Assembly: GCA_025201805.1 (NCBI GenBank) | Contig: MU619432.1 | Location: 1-34,169, forward strand | DNA length: 34,169 nucleotides | Direction of reading: 5' to 3' | From: Parasitella parasitica NRRL 2501 | Taxonomy: Eukaryota > Fungi > Mucoromycota | Shown here: positions 33,209-34,169 of the stretch, piece after piece | Layout: the number at the start of each line of letters is the position of its first letter | Numbering within the stretch: position 1 is the stretch's first letter | Notes under the pieces: model-generated | The model's input: the letters and a program-made list of their open reading frames with translations, nothing else | Database searches by the model: none | Told to the model about the DNA's origin: nothing | Made by a program: the position numbers and the translations under genes

Positions 33209-33250
33209 GAAAAAGAAAAAGAAAAAGAAAAAGAAAAAGAAAAAGAAAAA
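33209..33250 (+). repeat. (GAAAAA)7 hexanucleotide microsatellite
   Basis: Seven perfect copies seen directly. Confidence 0.98.
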
Positions 33251-34169
33251 GAGGAAATGGAAACTCATGGAATAACTACTCGTTTTTTCATGAAAACAAG
33301 TCTCTTTCCGCAGCCATCTTTGAATGTGCTAACTGTATAGGTGGGTTAGGCGAGTAAGTAAAGAACATTCATGCTGCTGTCAGTTTGACTAGCATTTTGA
33401 TCTTTGTTATGTAATAGCAGCATTGACATTCACTATGGTTCCACATCTTTAATGCATTTGGTAGAGGAAGGTTGTTTCCTTTAGCTCCTATTAAAATATC
33501 AAATAGACAGGTCTGAATACACTTCTACTTTCTAAAGATGACCTATATATATATGTAATCTTCAAATATAATCATTTTGCGCAAAAATCATCGAAAAATC
33601 AGCAATAACATTCTCCAAGTTTAATTCATGTCCTTGATGAGTTTCTCATCATTCGATGCACACAAAAAGTAGAAGCTTGGTAGTGGCTGCACTTGAGTTA
33701 ATTTGGACAAAAGTGCGAAGAACGTTCTTTCCTGAGATATCTTCAAATAATAGTATGTTACGAAATTTCTATATATGACAGCTTATAAAATGGACAATAA
33801 TCAATTATGCGCTGAACATCATATTATCATGTTGTTTTGCAAGAAGATTCATGCTTTACACCTTTAAATGCTTCACAAAACTCTATCTTTGTGCACAAAG
33901 GCTTTTTTTTTTTCCTGGTAGCAGCCCCAGAAACATTATAAAATATCCTACAGAGTGAAGATCACACTTTGTCATTACTAATGTGTATGTTTTTCACAAT
34001 TTTAGCAGAGTTTATACTCTTTTTAAGCGAATTCAAAATGCTCAAAACCGCACCAAATCGTTTCGCAGAGTTCGTCCTTGCTATCTGACGCATTTCCACC
34101 AAAAATATAGGTGATGAAAAAATCATTGATTTTCAAAGATTTTTCATGAGGATCCATAAGGAAAAAATG

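Overview
AT-rich eukaryotic genomic DNA with short (about 40-95 nt) spliceosomal introns, most consistent with a Mucorales (Mucoromycota) fungus; the taxon is an inference. From 1.6 to 25.2 kb the window is gene-dense. It holds an RSC9-like chromatin remodeller, a TPR-F-box-LRR gene, a second F-box-like gene, a peroxisomal 4CL-like acyl-CoA ligase (with a GC-AG intron), RPN5, a mitochondrial rhodanese-persulfide dioxygenase fusion, a CBM48-only protein, a 2-TM protein, MZM1/LYRM7 (5 small exons, missed by the ORF track), an RTA1-family exporter, RTT109, a repeat-containing CaaX protein and a small basic protein. A large inverted duplication of a decayed frame interrupts this block at 13.6-16.8 kb. 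From 25.4 kb on there are no intact host genes: an apparently intact Mutator/MULE transposon (38-bp TIRs, 8-bp TSD), decayed coding relics, an L1-like LINE remnant and two GC-rich structured islands. The island at about 32.88-33.20 kb can be folded by eye into a pseudoknotted RNA enclosing a CCCTAAACCCTA telomere-like motif and is the most intriguing unexplained element. There are two assembly gaps (12664-12718 and 13899-13908). All gene models were spliced by hand and no database searches were run.
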